This document shows, piece by piece, positions 12,752-26,493 of a stretch of DNA of 64,000 nt; the stretch's first letter is position 1; every line of letters starts with the position of its first letter. The stretch comes from Octopus vulgaris (Eukaryota). The notes under the pieces were generated by a model. It had not been told where the DNA came from. It worked only from the letters and a program-made list of their open reading frames with translations, and made no database searches. A program made the position numbers and the translations under genes. The stretch spans positions 9,796,001 to 9,860,000 of the forward strand of contig OX597822.1 in assembly GCA_951406725.2 (NCBI GenBank), in the 5' to 3' direction.

Positions 12752-14009
12752 CAGGGGTTGGACAAAATAATGGAAACACCTAGCATCATAGCATTATAAT
12801 TTTTAAATATCTATAAAACCGTCAAAAGCTTGTTTATTTTTATGTTTTTTTTTATTTATTATTAGTGTTGCTTAATATGTTTTGCTAAAATTGCTGTTTC
12901 TTTTCAGAGATCATCAGAAACATTCATTAAAATGACAGATCTATCGAACTTTCAAAGAGGTCAAATTATTGGTGTTCGTATGGCAGGCACTAGCATAACG
13001 AAAACAGCCGAAATGTTTGGTGTATCAAGAAGTACTGTCTCGAAAGTAATGACAGCTTTTGAGAAAGAGGGAAAAACTTCGTCGAAACAAAATTGAAGAA
13101 AACCAAAACTTTCAGATAGGGACCAATCGGATTCTTACGCGAATTGTTAGAAAGGATCACAAAAGTACAGCTCCCAAAATTACTGCAGAGTTAAATGACC
13201 ACCACGAGAACCCAGTTTCCACAAAAAACTGTTCGCCGGGAGCTGCACAAAACCGGATTTTACGGGAAGGCTGCAATCATGCGATCAGATAACCACTACT
13301 TTCAAAAACAAACATAGCAAAGCGTTTAGAGTTGAGTAAAAACCTACAGTATTAGTCCCTAGAGCAGTGGAAGACTGTTATTTTCTCGGACGAGTTACCA
13401 TTTACCTTATTTCCAGCCACCGGCCGAGTATACGTGTGGAGACAGCCAAAACAAGCATCTGACCCAGACTGCCTTCTTTCAACTGTTAAACATGCAGGAG
13501 TATCTGTGAGGATCTGGGCGGGGTGTATATCTTGGAAATCCGCCGGCCCAATGCTTTCCCTTCATGGCAGAATTAATAGTCAAGACTGTTTAAGCATTTT
13601 ATCTGATCAAATTCATCCTATGGTTGCAGAGGGAAACGTGCAATCTTTCAGGATGATAATGCACCAATTCACATAGCTAAAGTTGTTACTGAATGGCATG
13701 AGGAATATTCTAGTGAAGTTGAACATCTTATCTGGCTACCACAGACCCCAGATCTCAATATTATTGAACAATTATGGTGCATTTTAGGAAAACAAGTAAG
13801 GAGTCGATATCTTCCACCATCATCACCTCAAGAACTGGAGACTGTTTTAGTTGAATGGACAAAAATTCCTTTGGAAACAATTCAAACTTCGTACAAGTTC
13901 ATACCTCATAGAATTCAAGCTGTAATTACTGCCAAAAGCGGTGCTACCCCGTATTAAAATAAATTTGTTTGAAATTTTAAGGTGTTTCCATTATTTTGTC
14001 CAACCCCTG
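12752..14009 (+). mobile_element. Full-length Tc1-type DNA transposon (DD36E), 1258 bp
   Basis: Perfect 30-bp TIRs caggggttggacaaaataatggaaacacct; TA on both sides. Confidence 0.95.
12932..13957 (+). pseudogene. Tc1 transposase pseudogene (frameshifts and stops)
   Basis: MTDLSNFQRGQIIGVRMAG HTH start; IFSDE; FQDDNAPIH...WLPQTPDLNIIEQLW; ends SGATPY*. Confidence 0.9.
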
Positions 14010-14138
14010 TACCTGTATGTGTGTGTATATGTGTGTGTGTATGTGTGTATGTGTGTGTATGTGTGTATGTATGTGTATACACACACATAAACACGCAAAC
14101 ACACACATATACATATAGATATTTATATATTCATCCAC

Positions 14139-14183
<45 letters not shown>

Positions 14184-14241
14184 CGTCAGTCAATCTGTCT
14201 GTTTGTCTCTTTTTATTTATCTATATATATGTGTGTGTGCA

Positions 14242-14302
<61 letters not shown>

Positions 14303-14308
14303 ATTTAC

Positions 14309-14353
<45 letters not shown>

Positions 14354-14357
<4 letters not shown>

Positions 14358-14588
14358 AAAATAGTAAAGTGTGAAAAAACGACAGAAGGCTTAAATGTTA
14401 AAAAATATATATATTTGTGTCAAAATGTCTGGAGAATATTGGAAAAATTTTTTTCCTTTCCTTAAAATGACATAAAAAAGGAAAAAAAAAAAAATTTTTC
14501 CAATATTCTCCAGACATTTTGACACAAATATATATATTTTTTAACATTTAAGCCTTCTGTCGTTTTTTCACACTTTACTATTTTCTTA
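14354..14588. repeat. Perfect inverted repeat of about 100 bp beside (TA)n arrays
   Basis: 14354-14454 is the reverse complement of about 14488-14588. Confidence 0.9.
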
Positions 14589-14626
14589 TATATTCACCCA
14601 CGTGCTTTACCAAACAAACTTTCTTA

Positions 14627-14726
<100 letters not shown>

Positions 14727-14727
14727 A

Positions 14728-14758
<31 letters not shown>

Positions 14759-14759
14759 A

Positions 14760-14797
<38 letters not shown>

Positions 14798-14989
14798 GCG
14801 ATGGACTCTCCCGTCGGTTTCGGCGTATGAGGATCCAACAACCTACTCTTTTTTGTGTTTTGTCAGTCATAATGCTTGTGACGAATGTGACACTTAAGTC
14901 CTGCCAACGAGTTGCAAGAAGGCCACAATCACTGCAAAGATGAAGATAACAGGTCAGTGCAGGTGGTATATTTGCAGCCGATATATATC

Positions 14990-15275
14990 GCTTAGTGGTT
15001 AGGATTTTGCTCTTACAATTGCGGGATCGTGGTTTCGATTCTCAGAGCAGGTGTTGTGCGGTGTCCTTGAGCAAAGCATTTTATTTCAAATTACTCTGCA
15101 TCATTTCGTCATGACATATGGCACGTCTGGCACTTGTATAGGTAATGTCGATTTGATGGAGAAAGTGTGCTTATGGGACAACAAAGATCTGATCACTGTA
15201 AACAAATGAACTGCGTGGTTGTTTAGCATGAACTTTCAGAACCCTCATACGTCGTCTAAGAAAGGGAGAATCCAC
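14990..15275 (+). mobile_element. Degenerate family-C-like SINE
   Basis: gcttagtggttagg...ggtttcgattc...gtgtccttgagcaaagcattt. Confidence 0.65.
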
Positions 15276-15339
15276 GATATATGTATGTAATATAACATAA
15301 TAATATAATATAATATAATATAATATAATATAAAATTAA

Positions 15340-15414
<75 letters not shown>

Positions 15415-15428
15415 TCTTACAAACGCTT

Positions 15429-15559
15429 GAACGGCAACGAGAAACTCAGAGTAACAGATTTTGTTGAATTTTCTGGTGCTTAAAATAAAGCATATTACTC
15501 TACCACTGGTATTTGAGTACTCTTTTTTCCACCTTGTTTCACATTTATGTGTTTACTCC

Positions 15560-15621
<62 letters not shown>

Positions 15622-15752
15622 CCGGAGTAAACACATAAATGTGAAACAAGGTGGAAAAAAGAGTACTCAAATACCAGAAAAACTGTCTGACGAACGGGAA
15701 CGTGAAACTCAGAGTAACAGGTTTTGTTGAATTTTCTGCTGCTTTAAATAAA

Positions 15753-15753
<1 letters not shown>
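15429..15753 (+). mobile_element. Small HHR-bearing, (TA)n-associated PLE-type terminal repeat in direct and inverted copies
   Basis: Forward copy 15429-15561, (TA)n, inverted end 15622-15677, forward copy 15678-15753; same family at 61124-61270. Confidence 0.7.
15679..15725 (+). ncRNA. Minimal type I hammerhead ribozyme
   Basis: aaaaCUGU-CUGACGA-ACG(ggaa)CGU-GAAA-CUCAGAG-UA-ACAGguuuu. Confidence 0.75.
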
Positions 15754-15800
<47 letters not shown>

Positions 15801-15859
15801 CTTTACTACCCACAACGGGCTAAACACAGAGGGGACAAACAAGGACAGACAAATGTGTG

Positions 15860-15983
<124 letters not shown>

Positions 15984-16111
15984 AATGATAACCAAGAGGA
16001 GAGTGGAGACTTATTCACATTCAAAACTGCAGCGACTACGATGCATAGTTGCATAGAGAGTAGTGTGCAGTTGCAGCAGTAGAAACCTGTATTGCGAATT
16101 GTTATATATAT

Positions 16112-16345
16112 AAGGCGGCGAGCTGGCAGAAACGTTAGCACGCCGGGTGAAATGCTTAGCGGTATTTCGTCTGCGTTATGTTGTGAGTTCAAATTCCGCC
16201 GAGGTCGACTTTGCCCTTCATCCTTTCGGGGTCGATAAATTAAGTACCAGTTACGCACTGGGGTCGATGTAATCGACTTAATACCTATGTCTGTCCTTGT
16301 TTGTCCTCTCTGTGTTTAGTCCCTTGTGGGTAATAAAGAAATATT
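16112..16345 (+). mobile_element. SINE family B
   Basis: Near-consensus copy. Confidence 0.9.
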
Positions 16346-16652
16346 TATATATGGTTTAGAAAACTTTTTGATAAAAAAGTTTTGGATATGAATAAATCTC
16401 CACTCTGCCCTTGGTTATCAATTGTATACTCTACGGAATATTTGTAGTTGTGAACAGGAACAAGTTACTACCCAACAAGTACAGCTTACAAGTACCAATA
16501 TCGCTTTTAAACTCGAATACAACGTAATTGGACTGTTGCGGATAGCCGGCATCTATACCAATTTGAGAGCTGACACGGTATCCGCCAGCATAATTTATCC
16601 CTTATATATACACGCACACACACATACATACATATGTATATATACATATATA

Positions 16653-16711
<59 letters not shown>

Positions 16712-16789
16712 GTGTATATGTATATACATATATGTGTGTATATATATACACACATATAAACATATATATGTATGTATGTATGTATGTAG

Positions 16790-16965
16790 TGAGAATTTCC
16801 AAAAAAACAAAAGACGAAGACGGGTGTGTAAACAACAAACAGATGTATTAGTTTAACGCTCGGGAAGTGAGAAAGTCTTTTACGTTTCGAGCCTACGCTC
16901 TTCGATAGAAAGGAACACAGAAATAAACAGGGAGAGAAAATAGAAAAAAGTTTTAGTGGCTAGAA
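16790..16965 (-). mobile_element. Solo 3' terminus of a Penelope-like element
   Basis: Homologous to 45461-45640 (aaacaaaagacgaag...gtattagt...acgtttcgagcctacgctcttc); next to TA-rich repeat. Confidence 0.8.
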
Positions 16966-17141
16966 ACAAAGAAAAAGGGGTAGAAAAGGAGAAGAGAAGA
17001 CAAAAGGGAAAAATAATGGGAGGGAGAGAGGGGCAAGGTAACAAGTGCGGATTGAGAGAAACGACGATTGGAAAAAGCAGATAGTACAAACAAGTTTAGA
17101 AAAGTTCAAAAGTTTCATACGATTTCTCATCCGCAAATACA

Positions 17142-17485
17142 AGAGGGCGAGATGGAATTCCTCTGAAGGATTTTGGAATAACGTTACTTGAAAGAGTGCG
17201 TATCTCGGAGATCAGAGGGATGCTCCATGTATAGTCGCTACTTCTCCGAATTGAGAGACCACATCGATTTTACAGACATGTGGTAAGAATGTTTCGGAAA
17301 AGAATCGCTGAACAAGTTTTACAAGCAAAACCAACTGGCAGAGACCCAGGAGCAGACCGCGAGCAAGAAGGTTGGATACTATCCTTGAGTTCAGTTGGCC
17401 ACGCTTCGAGACCCAACTGGATCGGTTGGAGATGGTTGCTTTTGGCAGGACTCAATGGAAGGCGTGGTTGTTCGATGAGAGGGAG
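17142..17485 (+). mobile_element. RTE-clade LINE 3' fragment
   Basis: Decayed EMEFL..GITLLERVRISEIR...HVVRMFRKRIAEQVLQAKPTG..RPR. Confidence 0.7.
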
Positions 17486-17957
17486 CTAACACTAATTGAT
17501 AATATCAACCTTTGACAGAATAATACACAATAATAATCTATAACAAATTGTAAACAATTATTATATCACTTATTGATATCTCCCTTTTCTAGTTGTTATA
17601 TGACATATTCAATGGAAAAAAGCTTTTATGTGACTTTCTCTCGCGACTGCCACATAAGCCTTAATATGTGAATGTTGACTAAACAATTTGAACGTTAACG
17701 GATAGTATTTTGAGCCTTATTCCTGCATTAAAATTAAACTGTTTTTATAACAGCGGCCGGAATTGTTATAAATCGCGACACAACTTCATACACTATAGAC
17801 GCTAGAAAATCTAACGTGAAACCGGTTAAATGTATTTCTATATTTTAAAATATAATCAAATTCTAGTTAATTCTAATATATTCTTTGAGGATTTTCAACT
17901 TCATTTCTAAAATCCCACCACTTGTTAGGATTAACAACAATCTCTCTCTCTCTCTCG

Positions 17958-18086
<129 letters not shown>

Positions 18087-18247
18087 CGTATTTTTGCCAT
18101 TTCAATATGGCTAACCCCTAAGGGTGGATGCTACTGTAGTTTTTAGCCCCAGGAGGACACACACCTCCAGCTGGCCATAGACACACTATCTGTGTCCTGT
18201 CAGTATTTGCAATGGGAAGTCATCCTTCCCGTCTTCAACTTATGATA

Positions 18248-18292
18248 CACACGGACTCGAGTTTCGAGGTATTGACCTCTCGTCAGCGTGTG
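18248..18292 (-). ncRNA. Type I hammerhead ribozyme, copy 1
   Basis: CACACG-CUGACGA-GAGGU(caau)ACCUC-GAAA-CUCGAG-UC-CGUGUG; stem I extends through an internal loop (caacu-augau / aucau-aguug). Confidence 0.92.
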
Positions 18293-18599
18293 ACAATCAT
18301 AGTTGTCGCCGAGAATAGATTTCCTTCACAAATACTTATACTTTTTCCAGCGTCCACTGTCGCTGATATTGAAAAAGTGAAATCAAACAATGATAAATAT
18401 CAAAGTGAGTTATATACAGTAGCGGTAACACATCGTGACGTATTTTTGCCATTTCAATATGGCTAACCCCTAAGGGTGGATGCTACTGTAGTTTTTAGCC
18501 CCAGGAGGACACACTCCTCCAGCTGGCCATAGACACACTATCTGTGTCCTGTCAGTATTTGCAATGGGAAGTCATCCTTCCCGTCTTCAACTTATGATA

Positions 18600-18644
18600 C
18601 ACACGGACTCGAGTTTCGAGGTATTGACCTCTCGTCAGCGTGTG
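18600..18644 (-). ncRNA. Type I hammerhead ribozyme, copy 2
   Basis: Identical to 18248-18292, 352 bp away. Confidence 0.92.
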
Positions 18645-18919
18645 ACAATCATAGTTGTCGCCGAGAATTAGATTTCCTTCACAAATACTTATACTTTTTC
18701 CAGCGTCCACTGTCGCTGATATTGAAAAAGTGAAATCAAACAATGATAAATATCAAAGTGAGTTATATACAGTAGCGGTAACACATCGTGACGTATTTTT
18801 GCCATTTCAATATGGCTAACCCCTAAGGGTGGATGCTACTGTAGTTTTTAGCCCCAGGAGGACACACTCCTCCAGCTGGCCATAGACACACTATCTGTGT
18901 CCTGGAGACAAACTATCTG

Positions 18920-19151
18920 TGCTATGGGGACAAACACAGACACACAAACACACACACACATATATATATACATATATATACATATATACGACGGGCTTCT
19001 TTCTGTTTCCGTCTACCAAATCCACTCACAAGGCTTTAGTCGGCCCGAGGCTATAGTAGAAGACACTTGCCCAAGGTGCCACGCAGTGGGACTGAACCCG
19101 GAACCATGTGTTTGGTAAACAAGCTACTTACCACGCAGCCACACCTGTGCT

Positions 19152-19234
<83 letters not shown>

Positions 19235-19440
19235 GTATATATATATGTGTGTGTGTGTTTGTGTGTCTGTGTTTGTCCCCATAGCATTGACAACCGAAGC
19301 TGGTGTGTTTATGTCCTCGATAGACCGATAGAATAAGTATTGGGCTTACAAAAGAATAAGTCCCGGGGTCGAGTTGCTCGATTAAAGGCGGTGCTCCAGC
19401 AAGGCCACAGTCAAATGACTGAAACAAATAAAAGAGAGTA
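18920..19440. mobile_element. Rearranged SINE family A (5' half on minus strand, 3' half on plus strand)
   Basis: Head and core on minus strand at 18920-19150; tail on plus strand at 19245-19440. Confidence 0.75.
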
Positions 19441-19447
19441 TATATAT

Positions 19448-19700
19448 GGAGGCGCAATGGCCCAGTGGTTAGGGCAGCGGACTCGCGGTTGTAAGATCGC
19501 GGTTTCGATTCCCGGACCGGGCGTTGTGAGTGTTTATTGAGCGAAAACACTTTAAGCTCCACGAGTCTCCGGCAGGGGGGTTGGTGGCGATCCCTGCTGT
19601 ACTCTTTCGCCAGCGGGGTCGCATCATTTGAAGGCTAAAACAATGCGAAGCGCATTGTGACCAGCGATGCGTAGCAACATCTGATAGCCTGGTCGGTCAA
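19448..19700 (+). mobile_element. SINE family D head with an alternative 3' module
   Basis: Matches the 7487 copy up to gctgtactctttc, then diverges. Confidence 0.8.
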
Positions 19701-19715
19701 AGAAAAGAAAAGAAA

Positions 19716-19754
<39 letters not shown>

Positions 19755-19759
<5 letters not shown>

Positions 19760-20140
19760 TCTTTTACTCTTTTACTTGTTTCAGTCATTTGACTGCGGCC
19801 ATGCTGGAGCACCGCCTTTAGTCGAGCAAATCGACCCCAGAGCTTATTCTTTGTAAGCCCAGTACTTATTCTCTCGGTCTCTTTTGCCGAACCGCTAAGT
19901 GACGGGGACGTAAACACACCAGCATCGGTTGTCAAGCAATGCTAGGGGGACAAACACAGACACACACATACATATATATATACATATATACGACAGGCTT
20001 CTTTCAGTTTCCGTCTACCAAATCCACTCACAAGGCATTGGTCGGCCCGAGGCTATAGTAGAAGACACTTGCCCAAGGTGCCACGCAGTGGGACTGAACC
20101 CGGAACCATGTGGTTGGTAAGAAAACTACTCACTTCTGCG

Positions 20141-20143
<3 letters not shown>
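19755..20143 (-). mobile_element. SINE family A
   Basis: Near-consensus copy. Confidence 0.9.
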
Positions 20144-20188
<45 letters not shown>

Positions 20189-20604
20189 TTCATATATGAA
20201 CGACTGTGTGTGTGTGTTTATGTATGTGTGTATATATTTGTGTGTTTGTGTGCGTAATGAATAACTACGCTAAAACAAAATGGATAGCTTTATTCCTTTA
20301 TCCACTCTTAAGCAGTCGGTGAGTAATGAAATGCCCTTGCAAAACTAGTAGCAACTATCTCAAATTACTATGGGCGGGTTCAAATGAAGGTAACGCAAGA
20401 CGGTATGAGAGGGCGAACGTGTATATTTTTATGGTAAATTTTACTTTATTTACCTTTCTCCAATTTTCCAGAGTAAGAGAAAAAAGATATATGAAAAATA
20501 TAAATTTTCCAATATCTGAATATAAAAACAAGAATTTTAGTAACAAAAACGTAACAGGGTATGATTGCAGTATGTCTGAGCTATAAAACGCACGCAGACA
20601 GATA

Positions 20605-20625
20605 TATACATACATAATACATACA

Positions 20626-20659
<34 letters not shown>

Positions 20660-20706
20660 CACACATACACACATACACTCCCATACACCCATACATACAT
20701 ACATAT

Positions 20707-20737
<31 letters not shown>

Positions 20738-20835
20738 CATACATACATACATACATACATACACACATACACCCATGCATACATACATACATACATACAT
20801 ACATACATACATACATACATACACACATACACCCA

Positions 20836-20869
<34 letters not shown>

Positions 20870-20975
20870 CATACATACATACACACATACACTCATACAT
20901 ACATACATACATATATACATACATACATACATACATACATACATACATACATACATACATACATGCATGCATGCA
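20605..20975. repeat. (TACA)n tetranucleotide repeat with periodic variants
   Basis: Direct reading. Confidence 0.9.
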
Positions 20976-21293
20976 TAGGGCGTGCCTATGTGGTAAGTCT
21001 TTTACTTCCCAACCACATGATTTCGGGTTCAGTCTCAGACGGCATCTTGAGCTAGTGTTTTTTTCTACTATTATCCCAGAAACTGAAACTTATTTCCATA
21101 ATGGTTTGCTAATTCCGGATAACTTTCGGATTCTCCAAATTATCTCCCCTTCTTATTCAGATTCGGTTGCAGTTGTCACTAGACGCATGCTTACTTTACT
21201 CTCATACAAAAGATAATTTTAATTAATCAAAAATTCGTTTTGTGTGATATTTAGTATACCTTCCTGTGTTTTTTTTTACACATGCATACGCGC

Positions 21294-21358
<65 letters not shown>

Positions 21359-22464
21359 GATATTGAATATTCTGCCAGAGACTTCAACACAGACACTGCC
21401 AACTTTTACATTGTAAAAGTATATTAAATACCTTACTTAAATCTATAGATTGGTCTTTCAATTGATATTTAATTGATTTTATGTAAGATTCTTACAAAAC
21501 GCATACACACATATATGCATAAACATTTATATAGATAGAGACATACATATATATGTACGTACATTCATACAAATATATGCATATATGTGTATATATATAT
21601 GTATATATATATACACACACACATACGCATATATATGTATGTATTCATTTTTTCTTTTATTTGATTGTCATTTAACTGCGGCCATGCTGTAGCACCGCCT
21701 TTATTCGAACAAATCGACCCCAGGACTTATTCTTTGTAAGCTTAGTACTTATACTATCGGTTTCTTTTGCCGAACCGCTAAGTTGCGGACATCAATGAAT
21801 ACAATGCATTTAAATATGAATAAAAAATTTTTTATGATTATAAGATTACCAATTGTATACAAGGTGTATAGAACTTAATGCTGCGTCGGAATAGTGCAAC
21901 CTATTAATGAAATTATTGGGCTTATAATATTTCAGTGGTTATATGCCCATTGCCTACAAAGAGAAACGTAATTTCAGAATGTTATGTAGTCATATTTATT
22001 TAGAATAAGATTACTTGAGATTCTGTTATACAAAGTTTGCATATATTCCTTCTTTTATAAATTGGTACTTTTGAGTGCCCAGAATATGCTGTAAAATTTA
22101 AAAACCCAAATGCGTACGGATAAAGATGCTTCAGGTTTCATATTTGCTTTGTTAAAAGAGTGTAAATGTTAGGTGAATCAATTTTTAAAAGAATTCGTAG
22201 TTAATTCTATATATGTAATAGAAGATGAGTGTCATCGCACTACACACACACATAAACACACACATACATACATACATACAAACATACAAGCACACACACA
22301 CATATATACATATACATATATATAACACCTACATACACACATGTACATGTATATGTAAATGTATATGTATATATATGTATATATATGTATATTTATACAT
22401 ACATACACATATATAGATGTATATATACTGTATACATATACCTGTATGTATATATTCTTGGGTC

Positions 22465-23203
22465 TTGGCCCCCGCAACTTCCTATGAAGTCAAAGGGTGC
22501 AAACCTGACACTAGTCTTCTCCATTTATTGTGGCTATGGCTGTGAGTCAGACTTCGGGTCCATTCATTTCTTGATACTCCGCCTGCTACTCATTCTTAAC
22601 TGTTCTTGGAAGAATGGTCTGTGCAGCGCCACTGAAACCTGTTACACGACTATTCCATTTCAGTTTTTTTTTACTGTTGTGAACTCTCCATGCGAGCATA
22701 GGAAATACTGGATGCTTTCATGAATATTTTTGTTTATGGCGTGGTTCAAATACGAGATGCCTAAGATGTTCTTCTTTCAAATGTCATTATCTTTCTCTGC
22801 ATCTCTGTAGAAACTTCCTGTTTCGCATGAATACAGGAAGATGGAAAGAATCGATGTTAATCTTAGCAACATATTTGTCTCTTCGTTTTGTCATGAGTTT
22901 GGTTAGGGCAATCATATTCTGTGACATTCTAGCAAGGACTTCAGGTTCGGATCCTTTAACATTAATAATTGTCCAAAGTATTTGAACAGATTCTCAATAT
23001 TTAATTTCTGTCCTTGTATAGAGATGTCTGTTGAAATGGTTCTGTTGCTATTTGTTATAAATTCGTTTTTTTATTCTGCACTGATTTCCATCTTCAAATG
23101 AAGAGAAGGTCCATCAACATGGTCGATTAACGCAATCAATTCTTATTCTCTTCCTGTCAGTTCACCAATGTCATCAGCAAATCTAAAATTAGTGATCTTT
23201 TCT
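22465..23203 (-). mobile_element. Old RTE-clade LINE fragment (RT C-terminal part)
   Basis: Minus strand KITNFRFADDIGELTG...FKYFG with many stops and frameshifts. Confidence 0.75.
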
Positions 23204-23429
23204 CTGGCAGAAACGTTAGCACGCCGGGCGAAATGCCTAGCGGTATTTCGTCTAAATTTTAACGTATCAACTTTTAGTCAATAATATCTAAAAATTATAT
23301 TTTACCAGGTTTTATGAAATATAGTTTGCTTTTTGTTGGCCATATGCCGTTCGTAACAGGAAAGTCTATTACCATCACACACACATACAGGTATAAACAC
23401 ACAAAAGCACATAATATACATGCATATGT

Positions 23430-23629
<200 letters not shown>

Positions 23630-23796
23630 ATGATTGAATTTCTTTAAAAAAAGACCAGCCATGCTGTATATTCGAGCCGAAAGGATAGCTTGGAGACACG
23701 AGGTATGATATATAAATCTGCCGAATTATTGTGCTTTCACAAGAAATTCTTAGTAGCACATAACTAATAACCCTGTATTTCTGTGTGTATATATAG

Positions 23797-23844
<48 letters not shown>

Positions 23845-23859
23845 GCATATACATACATG

Positions 23860-23942
<83 letters not shown>

Positions 23943-23954
23943 TTGTATGGTAAG

Positions 23955-24113
23955 TAAGGAGTGGCTGCATGGTAAGTAGCTTGCTTACCAACCACATGGT
24001 TCTGGTTTCAGTCCCACTTCGTGGCACCATAGGCAAGTGTATTCTACTATAGCCTAGGACCGACCAAATCTTGTGAGTCGATTTGGTAGACGGAAACTGA
24101 AAGAAGCACGTCG
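23955..24113 (+). mobile_element. SINE family A 5' half
   Basis: Head and core up to gaaagaagcacgtcg, then (TA)n. Confidence 0.85.
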
Positions 24114-24137
24114 TATATATATATATATATATATATA

Positions 24138-25980
24138 TCTTATTATAAAAGGCAGATTTTATCTGCCTCCCTTTGTCAGTTATAGAAATCTACAATATAG
24201 GATTTCTTCAATTACAATTTACCTAGCATTTTTAAGAGTAGAATGCATCGGGTCATGCCAGGTCCAGTTTTTAAAATTTAAACTCCAATTAAGCAAAATT
24301 TACAGAAAACTCACATTCTGGTGTGTATGTCAAATGCTTTTCTTAATGTGGTTTACACCACACGCACACGCACACACACAGTGTGCAACGAATAAAGTGA
24401 AAGTAATTTACTGTGTGTGTGTTGACAGGTAGACAATAGAATGCGATGGCGATGGCGATGGCGATGTAATATTTGTTTCTGTCTATCACGCTGATAGATA
24501 CATGAGTAAAATGTATGGCAAGCTAAGAGATAAGAGTGAGTGAAAATGTTCTTGGAAGAGAGTAAATAGCGACAGAGTGATTTGAGGAAGACTAAACTGA
24601 AAGTATTTCTATAAAACGGATCACTCATGCTATCAACATAATTTCTCCCACTTTCTCTTTGCAAGTGTACCTTAAACCACTACTCAAAAAATAAAAAAAA
24701 CACAGCAAACAGAAACAAATAAATACATAACGATTTACTCCTCACACAATATCTTCAATTAGAGTTTACCTAAGATTTTTCAAAGTACTCCATTCGGTCA
24801 TGCCATAACAAATTTCTTTCAATTTCACCCCCAATTAAGACAAAATTCGAGAAAACTCAATATTTTAACATTTCACTCCGAAAGCATTGATGTACATTTG
24901 TGCGTGCGTGAGTGTGTGTGTGTGTGTGTGTGTGTTTGATGGGTTGTGCGACACAGAAAGTGTGGTGTGTAAGTGAAGTGCTTTTGTTAGTGTGTGTAAA
25001 GAGACAGAGAGAGTGAAAGACAGAAATAACTGAACTTTTTTTATTCACTTTTTGTAGTGAGTGACTGAGAGAGAAAAGAGAGAGAGAGAGGTTATGTATG
25101 TATATATGTATGTATGGCTTCAGTGACACACACACACAAAAACACATACCTACGTACACCTAAAGCACGCACACACACACACACAAGCGGAGCGCGAATT
25201 TCAAAATTTTGGTAGTATTAATTTGCGAGCGTACTTCTAAGCGCGCGTAATTGAAAGTTTTCACTATGATATCATCACGTGCGAAAAAATTCGAAGGGTT
25301 TTGAACAATTGAGATACAGATGTCACGCCTGTATTGAAACCATTGCTAAGCTGCCGTAATTGCTTAATTAAGACTTTGTTTAAATTGAAAGGGGTAAATA
25401 TGTGACGAGGTTGAAAAAAATACCCCGAAAAAAAAAATGTACTGCTGGTATTTATATAATTCACTACTATTTTGCTACAATGTCATGAAAAAGAAAAAAT
25501 TTAGGTATGTACAACATATATTATACATTTTTTCTATTCATTCAAGGAAAATAAAAAAATTGAATTCGCCACCCCCTTTTACCCGTTCGCGTTTGTGTAA
25601 AAAAAAATTATTATTTAAGTTTTAAAAATTATTTACTTTGTTCAAAAAATATTAATATTAATTAATTTTCAAGAATTATTTAGATTTATTCTGTAAAATA
25701 GTAATTAATTCATTTATCTGTAAATCCGCGAGGTTGTTACTCAGGCACCTAGAAATAGCAGCCAGATTTTTATATTCTAAATAATTTGCAATTTCAAAAA
25801 ATATATTAATTTTGCGTTATTTAATTTGATAAATTCTACGGAATAATTTTGCGCGTTATATACGTTCGCGTTTCTGTAAAAAAAGTAATTATTTAAGGGC
25901 GATCGAGTATCGAGTACCTACGTCTGGCTCGCACGCGCGAATCCGCGTGTGCGCAACCGGGACCACTCTGCGATACAAGT
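24138..25980 (+). mobile_element. Probable long non-autonomous Helitron-like element (3' end uncertain)
   Basis: 5' a|TCttattataaaaggcag resembles the other Helitron starts; GC hairpin gcacgcgcg-aatc-cgcgtgtgc near 25930-25952. Confidence 0.4.
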
Positions 25981-26048
25981 ACCCATATATACATCCATAC
26001 ATACATGTGTGTGTGTGTCTATGTATGTGTATTAATGTGTGTGTGTTA

Positions 26049-26406
26049 TCTCTATATAAAGCTAAAGTTGTCTTTGTGCGTCACGTTTGGTAACCTTCAA
26101 CTAACACTATCTCCTCCGAGACCCTGCGGCGCAAGTTGACAAAAATTGAGAGTATGATAGAAGAAGGGTTGCTCTTCCTTCCGTAGAACATAAAATTCAA
26201 ATCGGACCATGTTAACAGCAAAAATTATTTACATCAAAAAGATGCTTTTTTCTATGAAAATCCCTATTTTTTACGATTTTTTCACTGCTGTGTCGCCACT
26301 TTTCGGTGTATTTCGACCAGAAAAATGTTCACAAAATTTTTACTTTTCAAAATTACAATTCCAGCGGGTCGAAACAAACCCGAGCAACGCCGGGCGATAC
26401 TGCTAG
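26049..26406 (+). mobile_element. Non-autonomous Helitron
   Basis: 5' TC, 3' acaaacccgagcaacgccgggcgatactgCTAG, A/T target. Confidence 0.8.
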
Positions 26407-26424
26407 TACATATATATATGTGTG

Positions 26425-26490
<66 letters not shown>

Positions 26491-26493
<3 letters not shown>

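Noticed and set aside
18212-18466. 84-aa ORF inside the 352-bp repeat
   Set aside because: Frameshifted by a 1-bp insertion in the next unit and antisense to the ribozyme
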